A stretch of DNA of 64,000 nucleotides from Corallochytrium limacisporum Hawaii. Its lineage: Eukaryota > Protista > Pluriformea. Shown one piece after another: positions 10,606 to 21,556 of this stretch (position 1 is its first letter; every line of letters begins with the position of its first letter). The notes under the pieces are model-generated. The model ran no database searches. It was not told the origin of the DNA and worked only from the letters and a program-made list of their open reading frames with translations. Location of the stretch: contig PDIP01000073.1 in NCBI GenBank assembly GCA_002811645.1, positions 230,951-294,950 of the forward strand, given 5' to 3'. The position numbers were made by a program, and so were the translations under genes.

Positions 10606-12857
10606 TGCGCTCGGTGTATGTATCGAACAAAAAGGAAACTAGAAATATGTGCTTCCGGACTTAAACCCCGAGCTTAGTTATTAGACACAAATACGTGGAA
10701 GTCCAGACAAAGCACCGTTCCACAGATGTACCTTCTCCTGCGTGTGTTCGGGGTGAGGCAAAAGGACGGAACAGTGCCCAAAAACCACCCCACATGGCTC
10801 CCCACCCGGACTGGTATAGCTCTCCCACACCCACCCAAAGGAAAATTATGCAAAATTTTACCTCGGTACAGGAGCAGAAGGGTAGACCGAGACCAACGAA
10901 GGAAGCAACAGAAATAAAGAAAAAGGGAGAGCACCCCTCGTGCGGTCGCGGCCCTGGGTGTTAATACCCCTCTCTCTCTCTCTCCCCCTCTCTCTGTGTC
11001 TGTGTGTCCCTGGCCCACCAGCAGCACGCACACTCAACCAGAGACCCACCCCGCACCCAAACGGGGCGAGGGCGGGCCAGCCATGTGAGGCCCCCCCCTC
11101 CGGTCCCTTGGTTTTCCATTATTTCTTATCCTACCATTTTTTTCCTTCTTTTTCTTTAGGCCTTCGGTCCTGTGCCACGCCCCCGATCGGGGAGAGAGTT
11201 CTATAGTGAAAGTACTGATAATACCGGGTTCCACTTTGGTGTGAGTCCAGGAATTCTCCGGACGACGTGAGCCTCGGAACCCGAAAAATTGGAGTGGCTT
11301 GGAGGCATCATCTCGTATTGGATATAGGTCTGCATGGCGTATAATTCACTGCCCGGTATACTTAATATATTGAGCGTGTGTGCGATACCTTCACAGTTTT
11401 TGGTATGAGACCCGTGGAAAATTTCCCCTTGTTCCAGGACCCGCGTAGTGGAAGATCAATTGCACTGCACCGGCTCTAGAGCCGCACCACCAGCCGTGCT
11501 ACACACAGGGACAGGGTCTTTCCGCGAGACTCCTCCAACCCCCCTCCCCCCAAGGACGGCCAGAGTATGTATTTCCCAGAAGGCTGCCTTTTTCTTCTTT
11601 CTTCCTCTTTACTTTTTCTCGAAAATTCATTATTTTGGAACACTCAGCAACTTTTTTCTCTCTTTGTTAATTCCAAAATTTTGGGCTTATTTCCAACTGG
11701 GCAAAAGCTCCCTGTCCCTTCTTTTTCGTCTTTTATTTGACGCAATTTTTCCCCAATGAAAACAAATATCATAGTGTTGTGTGTGCTCGGATTATGTCCA
11801 TATGTTTAATAATGGAATGCAGGTACATTTGTGACGGAGAACCTATCGGAAGGCATACCTCACGGGCTGACCCGCACCCCCCGGGGGGGGGGGAATATTT
11901 CGCTCCCGTTCCGTAATAAATTCGGCGGGTTCGCCCGCTTTACGGAAATCGAACCCGCGCGACACAGAGGCCTCCTTGCGGGGGCTTGATCGCGTAAATA
12001 ATATAACGAGGGGTTCAGCTTATAGCAGAGCCCCCGGGGGGGGGGGGTAGGCTCGCCGCTGGCAAAACTACGTACACCGGGTCGCGGGGACGGTGTCCCT
12101 CCATCCTACGGACCTACGACAACAGCTCCGCTCATCAGAGGCCACAGACTCAACCACACATCGACGCCAACGGTTCTCGAAACTCTTCGCGTTGCTATCG
12201 CGCACGCAAATGTGAATCGCTGAGTAGGTGGAGCCGGTGGGGAATGGCTAATAGAGCCACTAAATATTAAGTGCTCCAGCCAGGGCGGGATACGAATACC
12301 CGCCTACTGATCTAATTACACCACTTCGGACTCTTTGCGTAAGTCCATTTGAGATGCTTGTGCAACATGCCCAATACGGCAGTATGTTTTGCGCCTAAGA
12401 CTACAAAGATGCAACTACAACACGACAAAACTAGTTTTCGTGTGCCGATCCACTTCTGGACATGGGACACTTTTCCCTTCAGTAGTAGCAACGTAGATCT
12501 CCTGCAGCCAGCACAAAGTCCCGCAATGGCTACACTCACACAAAGTTCATGTGGGCCTGCCATACCTGCGCAAAATCGGTGGGTAGCTCCCAAGCTTGGG
12601 AGCCCGTTGGACCAAGATTAGTGGTGCCCCAGTCTCCGTGCAACTGCTGACGCGGCGCTGATGTGTGTACAGTAGACCAACAGGCAGCATCCCGTGAAAC
12701 ACACACGTGAGTCTTGGTGAAAGATCCCTGAGCCTGGATGTCCCACCATCACGAAAAGGTATTTTAGAGATGGGCCGAACTTGATCAAGTAGCTTGACCA
12801 AGGATCACCGCAAACCTCTTCATGTGCATGAAGTAGTGAGCTCAAGACATTGACATC

Positions 12858-13226
12858 ATGAAATCTTTCATCACCATCCTCGCCATCGCTGTTTTCAGTG
12901 TGGTCCAAGGGGCCTCCGTAGATACATGTGTTCCCGAGATGGCGGTGTGCATGTATGGCCCTGACTGCTGCGACGATATGGGGTGCATTCTCAATAACAT
13001 CGACAATGGCACCGGCTTATGCTATGGAACGATTCGGACTGGCGCGCCATGCGAAGACGATATTTCCTGCAACAGTCTAAGGTGTGTAGATGGCTTCTGT
13101 GCTCCCCTAGCAAGCTGCAAACCCAATGGAGATTTCTGCCTTATGGACCTCGATTGCTGTGGTGGCTGGTGTGAGTTTGCTCCTGGTGGTGGCACGTGTC
13201 GCGACCGCGCAGACATGCCGCAGTAA
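12858..13226 (+). CDS. Small secreted cysteine-rich protein with knottin-like modules
   Basis: Signal-peptide-like MKSFITILAIAVFSVVQG; 16 Cys in the mature region, in two C-x6-C-x5-CC modules flanking a C-x5-C-x4-C-x4-C module. Confidence 0.85.
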   Translation: MKSFITILAIAVFSVVQGASVDTCVPEMAVCMYGPDCCDDMGCILNNIDNGTGLCYGTIRTGAPCEDDISCNSLRCVDGFCAPLASCKPNGDFCLMDLDCCGGWCEFAPGGGTCRDRADMPQ

Positions 13227-14250
13227 GCCGGGCTCGTTCACCTATTCGACCACATGTTGCTCTCGGTGACAAGCATGAGCGGCGCAAACCTATCCAGCGT
13301 ACCGTTGTCGCCCACTGCCATCTTCATTCCGATTGCACGACCACTTCCGAGGCCCTTCTGCAATCTTTGGCTTCCGGTATGTCCCTACGATACATGCTTT
13401 TGTGTTTGATTAAGTGTACAATACAATACTAAGGAGTCCCGTCCCCAAATCGCATCATTGTCCTGGTACGAGACAACCTCGCCAATTGCTCGGTGCTCTT
13501 CCTCCATCTTCCCGTCCAGCGGGATATGAGCGGAACCAGAGTATGCAAGGATTGACAAAGAACCACTGCTCATTTGCGGAACGCTTCCTTTGGGGATACA
13601 CCTACACTGGTCTTTTTGCTCAGATCCCAACGTACAAAGCAACTCTTCGTTGCATAGGAAGGCATCGGCAGAAGACGAAGAGTTGAACACCACTCAGCCA
13701 TGGCAAAAACAAAAAATTTTCAACCTGTGGGGGATGCGCGCGGTCGCCTACGCATCCATTAACGTTATTGCGAACTCCTTGTGTCAGCCACAGTATGGGC
13801 GTTGTAGAACATACTCACTGCAGAGAATCCGGTACGACTCAGATTGAATAGACGCAAGTACGACACGACGAGAACAATACTTTCGTCCATACCAACCCAT
13901 TTCGTTCTCTTGGGTCTTCCCGGTGACCAAGTACCTATGGAATCCGAAGCGATAGCATGACGCAACAAGCAGGAATCTGATAGAGCCAGGGAATTATTGT
14001 CCCTCCCTCTGGGGGTTGGGGAAGGGGGTTTCATGCCTTCGGCGCCCAGGTTCGGATGCAGCAGCGCCAAGAACTGCTTTTCCAGTAGGGCGACCAAAAT
14101 TGCTGTGATGCTACTTCAGGTGCTGTCTAATAGGTGTTCGCAAGTTCGGGATAAGATTACTATACATAGGTGTAGCCAAGTTTAAGAAATTCTTACTTTT
14201 CTTGCACTGAAGGTTCATGATGCCATTTGTTGGAGGTCAAGTTGGGCGTC

Positions 14251-15213
14251 ATGTGTGATGATGCGGAGGACCTTGTAGATGCTCTACAGGCAACCACTGT
14301 CGACGGAGTTGATAGCGCAGTGTCTACTCAATGTGCGACACCCGGCATTCTCCCTCTTTTCAGAAAAAAGGCGGGATCTTACAAGGAAGGCCCAGGAAGC
14401 ACAATTTCACAGAACGCGCTTCGAAGAGATCACTTGGAGCGCTTGCAAGCCAGAAGGGCGGCCCTTCTTGAGTCCAGGCGGGCTCAATCATATGACAAGT
14501 CGTGCACTGAACAACATGCTGTGTCTGAGTTGCCAGTAGAATCGGACCGGAGGACTAAGGGACACTGGAACAATCCGTGGGCATATCAGATCATGTTGAG
14601 TGACTGGCTTGTGGAAGTTCCTGACGATTTTGAGACTGCATGGGACGCATACATGTGTCCAGTTGGCAAGCGTTGTTTGGTACGAGCCGGTGGAGGGCAT
14701 ACTAGTGCTTACACACGTCATGGACGCAACATTATGCACTTCCAGTCGAAATTGCCCGGTGGGTTGAGCCGACAAAAGAGAACACCTAGAGATTACGTTC
14801 TTCTTGACTGCGTTTGGGATGAGGAGCGCAGAACTTTTTACGTGCTTGATGTCATGGTCTGGAAAGAGCTGGACTTCTACGATTCAGACCGCTCTTTCCG
14901 GTGTTTTTGGATCTCGTCAAAGATCAAGGAATTGAATCTGACCGAACGGGTAAAACAGGACCAGTGCTGTTTCCTTCCGCTGCACAGCTTCGCGTGCACG
15001 TCCAGGGGACTCCAAGAACTTCTTTCTGCTCAATTTGAGTACGGTCGGGATGGCATCTTGTTCTATCACCATGACTGTGACTACACACCGAACATCAGGA
15101 ATCCACTGACAGCATTCTTAGAGCCTAAGATGTGTGAGAAGGTATTGGGCATCTCAGATGATGCAGTCGCAGAGGCCAAACGAGACGAAAGAGCGAACAA
15201 TTTACGAAGCTAA
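14251..15213 (+). CDS. SNUPN: Snurportin-1 (m3G-cap snRNP import adaptor)
   Basis: ATG at 14251; IBB-like basic region (SQNALRRDHLERLQARR); QIMLSDWLVEVPDDF..W...CPVGKRCLV, F.S.LPGG, FYVLDVM.W and DGILFYH motifs. Confidence 0.93.
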   Translation: MCDDAEDLVDALQATTVDGVDSAVSTQCATPGILPLFRKKAGSYKEGPGSTISQNALRRDHLERLQARRAALLESRRAQSYDKSCTEQHAVSELPVESDRRTKGHWNNPWAYQIMLSDWLVEVPDDFETAWDAYMCPVGKRCLVRAGGGHTSAYTRHGRNIMHFQSKLPGGLSRQKRTPRDYVLLDCVWDEERRTFYVLDVMVWKELDFYDSDRSFRCFWISSKIKELNLTERVKQDQCCFLPLHSFACTSRGLQELLSAQFEYGRDGILFYHHDCDYTPNIRNPLTAFLEPKMCEKVLGISDDAVAEAKRDERANNLRS

Positions 15214-15409
15214 TGAACATCACGAGTTTTGTATCATAAACTGTACAATAGAGAACAAACACAGAATACTTGAGATATGAAATTTGATGAACTTTTTTGT
15301 TACGTTTTTGGTGTTTCGCAGTATGTTGTAGAGCAACATATGTTTTGCGATCTTTCCAGGTGAAAGGTTTTATCACAAGACCTAAAGAGATGGTATCTAA
15401 TCATCTCGT

Positions 15410-15958
15410 TTAGGAGAACATAGCCCGCCGTGTTGCATCCTCCAGGTAGTCTTCGATTTGTTTTGCGAAATCTGAGGGAGGGGTGTCACCCTGCGACTTT
15501 AGCTGACGATATGCCAAGTGGACAGCGATTCGGTCATCCTGACGCATTAGCATCTCGAAGAGACCACGGTAGAAATCCATGCTTGGCCTCTCACCACGCT
15601 CTGCAAGGACCAGCATCCTGCGGAGCCATTTCTGACGCTCCATAGCCTGGTCTTCGGGGAAAATATCGACGTAGTCGGCGTTATCTAGATATGCCTTCCG
15701 AACCGGGGGCAGGACAATGTCCTTCGGCCCGTCGTCAAGGTGAGAAAACTTTTTGTCCCACATGGCTGCCTCTGTCATGTCGGGAGTACCCGTGGACTTG
15801 TTCGCCTCCTGAAGCGACCGAGTGCTGGTGATAAACGTGCGTGACTTCCATGACGATGCTACTAGTGCTGTGTTGTTCTGACGGAGAGTCATGCAGCTGG
15901 GGCGGCTGTGGCGTACAGCCCCACGCAGAGCCTTGCTTGCTAATGCGACACGAAACAT
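15410..15958 (-). CDS. Uncharacterised, probably mitochondrial protein with a PPR-like C-terminal repeat
   Basis: ATG at 15958; Arg/Ser/Thr-rich presequence ending RTFITSTRSL; C-terminal RGERPSMDFYRGLFEML...QLKSQGDTP resembles a PPR helix pair. Confidence 0.75.
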   Translation of the reverse strand: MFRVALASKALRGAVRHSRPSCMTLRQNNTALVASSWKSRTFITSTRSLQEANKSTGTPDMTEAAMWDKKFSHLDDGPKDIVLPPVRKAYLDNADYVDIFPEDQAMERQKWLRRMLVLAERGERPSMDFYRGLFEMLMRQDDRIAVHLAYRQLKSQGDTPPSDFAKQIEDYLEDATRRAMFS

Positions 15959-15978
15959 GATCAAAGAACTGGTGCTTA

Positions 15979-16032
15979 CTAAACGTTTCCCGTGACACCC
16001 TTGAATATATCCAGAAGAGATTCTGTGTTTAC
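15979..16032 (-). other. Candidate 5'-UTR intron of the PPR-like gene (54 nt)
   Basis: AAG|GTAAAC...GTTTAG, 20 nt before the ATG; alternative donor GTAAGC at 16058. Confidence 0.45.
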
Positions 16033-17729
16033 CTTGTTTTTGTCTCTCAATTGCTTACCGTGTAAATTGGTAAGCAGCCATATATCGACACAGGCTTGGC
16101 AAATTTGTCTACTAAGACCGGACTCCTATTATGCTACTCGTTGTCTTGACCTGGCGTGGTTCCGTATTCCCTACACCAGCTACAGAACAAACTGCCCTGG
16201 ATGCCTATTTATATTGAAGCAGTGCTAGGCGAAAACTGCTCTGTGGTGCATACAAGGCAAGGTCGCTGTCAAGGACAAACAACCTGCTGTTTCCTGAAAT
16301 AGCAGGAGGATGTGGCACGACAAAATTGATTCGGTCGTGCAATTATTGCACTTAGAGCACACATACAATTCTGTCTGGGAGCAGCTGCCTTCGCTTCGGA
16401 CACAGAAATACTGCGAAACGGTCGCGGAAGTGTGATGGAAAGCAAACTGCCAAAGTGGTCTTAAATGCTCGAAAGAGAAGGGTGTCAGGATGCGAACACA
16501 GACCATTCACAGACTGATCTCGAGGTTTGCAGGTGTACTCCTCACACTGCATACACATACAGAGAGCCACTCCACGCTCAACACTCCCCAAAATGTCCCA
16601 TCGCGCGAAGTGCTAACCGCTACCCATCCGGTCTTTCATGACCACCTTTTCTTTTCCGTGCACTCTTGCTCCCACACACCGAGGTTGTCGCAGGTATACA
16701 CCGCGATGCCGACTGCTGGCGGATCGCAATTCAAAAGCCAACAACTGGTGAAACACAAGGAGGGTGGAAATGAAGTATACAGCTCCATGCAAATGTCAAT
16801 ACGTTTGCTCATTCAACCATCCATGTGCGACCCTTCCCGTTTTCGCGTGGTGGGGTTTGGATGGTTTGTGATATTCACCGAACGGCGGAGGAGGAGCCAG
16901 TGGTTGAGACAGGGGTGAGACACGTACATAGACGACATCGCAACAATACTGAAGACATCAAACCACTCATCGCGGCCATCCATCGTCATCCACAGAACAA
17001 GATCAGCTCTAGGAGAGACAATCGTACAGTAGACGCCCAGACACGGAAGCAAGCGTGTTCGTAGAATCCGTAACCATATGTTTTGTTTGGAGGGAAAAGG
17101 ACGTGGGGTTGTTGCTCCCCACTGGCTTTTACTTTGTTGTTAATTTTTTGTTTATGCCAGTTCTCTATACTACAAGTATCAAGACCAGTGCAATGCGGTG
17201 GGGATGTTGTGGCGGAGTTGCCGCCTCGGTGTACTCCAAGTCAACTGACATTTTCCATTGGCTCGTCCGGTTTGGCCAAGATAGTGAATGTACCGAAATG
17301 CTGTCGCGCCTTCTGCTGGCCTGGCCCCCCTCCCCAACCCCTACTCTCCCCTAACGCACTTGTTTTGTGTACGCACCAAGATTGGGAAGCTATAATGATG
17401 TTGTTAGGGGTACATTGTCATAGGGTAGGAAGGAGAATCCGTCGGGGGAGGGGGTGGGGGGATTTTCTGTGTGTGTGTGTGTGTGTGTGGCGGGTACTGC
17501 TTGCACACTGGACGAGCCTGGGTGCTCCCCACTCGTGATGAGGGGCACACCGAAAATGCGAGAGCCGCAGGCACTAATGCGCTCAGCCGAGTACGCAATA
17601 GGAAGGTAATTTAAGGTGATAATGTGATTGAATCGAGGGTATTGAAATGGAGCATTTGATCCAATTCGTGCTTTAAAGAAACTAGAACACTGAACAGAAG
17701 GGTATGAAGGAGTGTCTGTGACCATGGAG

Positions 17730-17781
17730 GTACGTCAATGTAGAGGACGGCTCCACAAGTGAATAGAACTTGTCATAATAG
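17730..17781 (+). other. Candidate 5'-UTR intron of SLC35F5 (52 nt; 55 nt with the tandem TAG)
   Basis: GAG|GTACGT...ATAATAG(TAG). Confidence 0.55.
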
Positions 17782-17809
17782 TAGATTAGGTGCATTTAAT
17801 TAAGACAAT

Positions 17810-19234
17810 ATGTACGGCACCGCGCAGGCGCGGTACTGCGCGGGAATTTTTTGCTTAATCCTGGTGAACACGCTCTGGGTTTCCTCATCGGAGTTGATGC
17901 AGTTCATCTATGCTGATGACAGCACTAATTTTGCTAAGCCGCTGTTTTTGACATACTACAATACCGCTTGGTTCTTCATCTACATTTGCTATGTAATGGC
18001 TCAAGAGAAATGGCGTCATCAGTTAAAGGACGTCGTGAACCTAAATGGGGTCCGGATCCTGGTCAAATATTTATTTGCACAAGTCCTTCCTTGTGCGGCA
18101 GATGTATATGTATCTGATCCTTACAACACAGAATATGTCGAAGTAGTCGGAGACAGCACTGATGCAGTGGACCAGAGACTTCTAGGTAGCCAAAACATAC
18201 CAACTGTGGCAGATGAGACACCTGACAATGGAGTACGGGATAGCGTGTCCAGCACCGGCAGCCGCAGGAGTTTCAAGGATCACGACCCTGATTCCCCGGT
18301 GCCAAAGTTTTCCATGTTGGAGCATGCTGTGGTAGGCCTGCGCTTTTGTTTGATTTGGTTCACTGCGAACTTTATGTTCAATCTCAGCTTGGTTACAACC
18401 TCTGTGGCTTCCAACACGGTGATCAGTGCCACATCCTCGGCGTGGACCCTAATGCTGGGTGCCGTTGTGTTGCGAGGTCCAGAGGATCGAATTACGTGGC
18501 CGAGGCTGTTGGGTGTGTTACTCACCTTTGTGGGCATCTTTCTGGTTGCCTACAGTGACACAACCAAAACCACCGGGGACGGAAATGATCAGCATGAGAA
18601 CACAAGGTCATTGGGAGGAGATCTGGCGGCACTCTTTGCGGCCATTCTGTATGCGTGTTACCTTGTCTACCTCAAGTACAACGTTCCAGACGAGAATCAA
18701 CTCGACACATTCGTATTCTTTAGCTGGGTCGGTTTCTTTGATATTGTGCTGATATCGCCAGTGCTGCTTTTGGCTCACTTGACCGGCCTGGAGACATTTG
18801 AGATCCCGTCCGCTACTACTTTGGGATTCCTTACGCTGAATGCATTTCTGGGTACTGTGGTAGGCGATCTCTTGTGGTTGTACAGCATGTTGCTGACATC
18901 GCCGTTCATTGCTACCGTTGGGCTATCTATTTCGATCCCTGAAGGCATTTTGGGAGACATTTTACTAGGCAAGGCGAAGCCAACGGTGCTGTTTATATTC
19001 GGAACCATCTTTATTGTGGTGGCCTTCTTCCTGGTCAACATCCATCACATCCCCGGCTGCATGCCAGATACTAATGAGGATGATGTAGATGAGGAGAACG
19101 ACAACGGTGGAATTGACTACAATGACAATACGGACATTGTCAGTTTTGGCGCGGGAAGGCAAGCCGAAGATATGAGTCTACATTCATGGCACGCGTCCCC
19201 CCGGGGAACACCACAAACAGGGATGAACACGTAA
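17810..19234 (+). CDS. SLC35F5: Solute carrier family 35 member F5 (DMT superfamily; Thi74-like)
   Basis: LWVSSSEL, F.KP.F.TY, FCLIWFTAN, TSVASNTVIS.TSS, GDL.AL..A..YA.Y and LLTSP.IATVGLS.SIP motifs; about 10 TM segments. Confidence 0.92.
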   Translation: MYGTAQARYCAGIFCLILVNTLWVSSSELMQFIYADDSTNFAKPLFLTYYNTAWFFIYICYVMAQEKWRHQLKDVVNLNGVRILVKYLFAQVLPCAADVYVSDPYNTEYVEVVGDSTDAVDQRLLGSQNIPTVADETPDNGVRDSVSSTGSRRSFKDHDPDSPVPKFSMLEHAVVGLRFCLIWFTANFMFNLSLVTTSVASNTVISATSSAWTLMLGAVVLRGPEDRITWPRLLGVLLTFVGIFLVAYSDTTKTTGDGNDQHENTRSLGGDLAALFAAILYACYLVYLKYNVPDENQLDTFVFFSWVGFFDIVLISPVLLLAHLTGLETFEIPSATTLGFLTLNAFLGTVVGDLLWLYSMLLTSPFIATVGLSISIPEGILGDILLGKAKPTVLFIFGTIFIVVAFFLVNIHHIPGCMPDTNEDDVDEENDNGGIDYNDNTDIVSFGAGRQAEDMSLHSWHASPRGTPQTGMNT

Positions 19235-19350
19235 CGAGAAGATCATGCATATCGTAGGAATAAAGCTTGAGCCTTACAGTCTTGTGTTTTGTTAGGATGA
19301 CGTATTTCTTGGTATTGTTCTTAGATTGGTACGGAGAGTGGGTAACGATT

Positions 19351-20526
19351 TCACTCGTCACCATCGTCCTCATCCCGCTGAGGCCTTCCACCGTCCATGT
19401 GAGCATCATCATTGACGGCGTCGGACTTGTCATCGGAAGCTGCGGGAGGGGGGTCTTCTCTCGGAGGAGGTGGCACATCTCCCGGTCCATTGTCAGTGAC
19501 TCCATTCGCACCTGTATCTCCGTTGCTGCTTTCGTTATCCCTCATAGGTAGATCGTTGTTGCTATCGTCAGCAGGGCGATCATCTCCGTCTCGATCCTTA
19601 TTCCTCCGGCGATCCCGGCCGCGATTGCGACCGCGGTCCCTTCCACGGTTGCGACCTCCACGGTCATCCCGACGGTCCCTATCGTCGCGACGGTCTCGAG
19701 GGCTACGACTGCGGCTGCGGTCCCTGTCATCATCGCGGTCCCGCGGACTACGACCTCTACGGTCCCGTCTCCGATCTTGCGCCGGGGGACTGACGGATCG
19801 GCGATCTTCAGTCAGCTTTAATCGACGGCCATTGATCTCCATGTCATCAAAGTCACGTACGGCACGCTCCAGATCCTCAGGCCGCTCAAAGTCTACAACA
19901 CCTTCATTTCGACGTGTCCGGTGGGCATCAGCGTATGTCACGGTGCCAGCCTTACGCATTATGTCCTTGAGGTCCTGCCAGCTGACTCGACTACTCAAGT
20001 TCTCCACGATCAGGCGGTAGCGAGTACGACGAGGTGGTCCATATTTGTCCCTCCCACCTCGATCCCTATCTCTGCGGTCCCTGTCGCGATCACGACGGTC
20101 TCGGTCTCGGTCTCGGTCTCGATCTCTGTCACGGCGGTCACGGTCACGGTCACGGTCACGGTCGCGGTCACGGCGGTCGCCGCCGTCGCGGTTCCGCCTC
20201 TCGCGCTGAGTACCCTTGGCGATCTCAACGCGTATCCGCTGTCCGTCAATTTCCGTGTCATTGGCACCCCGTACAGCACCCTCTGCATCCTGGTTGCTCG
20301 AATACTCGATGAACCCAAAGCCTCTGCTGTGTACCTTCATGTCCGCAATCTTGCCATACTTTTCGAAAATGCCACGAAGTTCTTCCTCACGCACGGACTT
20401 TGAGAGGTTACCGATATACACCCGAGGTCCGACGGGAAGGGGCGGTCCCGGAGGTGGTGCTCCAGAAGGAGGCGCACCGGTGTCCTTAGGGGCGTCGCCT
20501 TTCTGATCCTCAGCAGTGTCCCCCAT
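19351..20526 (-). CDS. SRSF4: Serine/arginine-rich splicing factor, SRSF4/5/6 type
   Basis: Likely start 20526 (MGDTAE; the upstream ORF extension is AT-rich and non-conserved). RRM1 (RVYIGNL, GFGFIEY), [26 protein letters not shown] pseudo-RRM, and R/D/S-rich regions. Confidence 0.93.
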   Translation of the reverse strand: MGDTAEDQKGDAPKDTGAPPSGAPPPGPPLPVGPRVYIGNLSKSVREEELRGIFEKYGKIADMKVHSRGFGFIEYSSNQDAEGAVRGANDTEIDGQRIRVEIAKGTQRERRNRDGGDRRDRDRDRDRDRDRRDRDRDRDRDRDRRDRDRDRRDRDRGGRDKYGPPRRTRYRLIVENLSSRVSWQDLKDIMRKAGTVTYADAHRTRRNEGVVDFERPEDLERAVRDFDDMEINGRRLKLTEDRRSVSPPAQDRRRDRRGRSPRDRDDDRDRSRSRSPRDRRDDRDRRDDRGGRNRGRDRGRNRGRDRRRNKDRDGDDRPADDSNNDLPMRDNESSNGDTGANGVTDNGPGDVPPPPREDPPPAASDDKSDAVNDDAHMDGGRPQRDEDDGDE

Positions 20527-20542
20527 TCTTAAAATTCCCGCA

Positions 20543-20591
20543 CTTAAATATGTGAGTTTGATTACTTTGTAAAGTACACAAGCTAACGTAC
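20543..20591 (-). other. Candidate 5'-UTR intron of the SR protein gene (49 nt, AAG acceptor)
   Basis: AAG|GTACGT...CTCAC (branch-like)...ATTTAAG, 16 nt before the ATG. Confidence 0.5.
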
Positions 20592-20771
20592 CTTTCAAAA
20601 AATATTCTGGTCCTGATCCAAATTTCACTTCATTAACATGCCTTGGTGAATTTTCAAATATCACAGAATTGGACCCTTTGCAAAATTCTATTTCATCGAA
20701 CTCATTGGTGATTTGTAGTGCCTGTAACATCTGAGAAACCTTTGCATCCTTTTCTACATTTTAGCTACAGA

Positions 20772-20808
20772 CTTCTTATGTCAAAAGCCGCTTCTTATGT
20801 CAAAAGCC
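20772..20808. repeat. Perfect 18-bp tandem duplication CTTCTTATGTCAAAAGCC
   Basis: Copies at 20772-20789 and 20791-20808. Confidence 0.95.
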
Positions 20809-21556
20809 AAAAAAGGTCCCAAGAGAACATAGAAAATTTTTAGAACAAAATTCAAAATGAACTCCAATTCTAAACATGCCCTGTGAAGCTAATAAACCGG
20901 ACCCGGGTCTGCCGGCTCTCGTTACTCCCACTGTCTCTCCTCTGACGCTGGACAGTGTGGCTGCCGGAGCGATTTGCTGCTGACTGCTGACCCGGTACTG
21001 GCACTGCGCGAGGCTCCCGAGCAGCGCGAACCTCGAGTGGGAGACTTGCCGGCCCCCCTCCCCCCTTTCCTTACTCCTCCCCCCGGCCGGCCTTCCCACC
21101 TGCCCACTTTTCTCTCGGCCTCAACCAACACCCACGAGCCCCCCCCCCCTTTCGGGCCCGGGAAGCACCAGGCGGTGGCCCCAAACCGAGAGCCGGCGGT
21201 TTTTGGGCGAGTGCGTGGCGGAGAGTTGGCCACAGCCCCAATGTTTGCCCTTCGGCACACTTGGTCTAAGGGGGTCGGGGGTTGCTTTGGTTCTTTCGTG
21301 GACGAATTTCTGTTTTTAAAACTTTTTTGGTCATACGCGGTACACAGGCAATACACCCACGCACACACGCAGACACACACACACACACGCGGAGTCCCCC
21401 GCCCTTCGGTCCCACTCTGGCCTGCTTCCTCATTGTTTTTGTATGGGTCCACGTTTGCAGCGTTGTGTTCTTCTATTTGCGCGGGAAATAAATGGAAGGG
21501 GAGGCCGGGGAAAGGGATTCTCCCCTCCCGCTCCGGGGGGGGGTGGGGGAGTGGGG

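Noticed and set aside
11943-11959. tRNA T-arm/B-box-like GGGTTCGATTTCC on the minus strand
   Set aside because: No D arm, anticodon arm or acceptor stem at tRNA spacing.
11898-12138. Minus-strand CTGATGAG...CGAAA hammerhead-like core
   Set aside because: Stem II has only 2 bp across about 220 nt, and stems I and III and the NUH site do not form.
20527-20730. 68-aa N-terminal extension of the SR protein ORF
   Set aside because: AT-rich, non-conserved, and contains a candidate leader intron.
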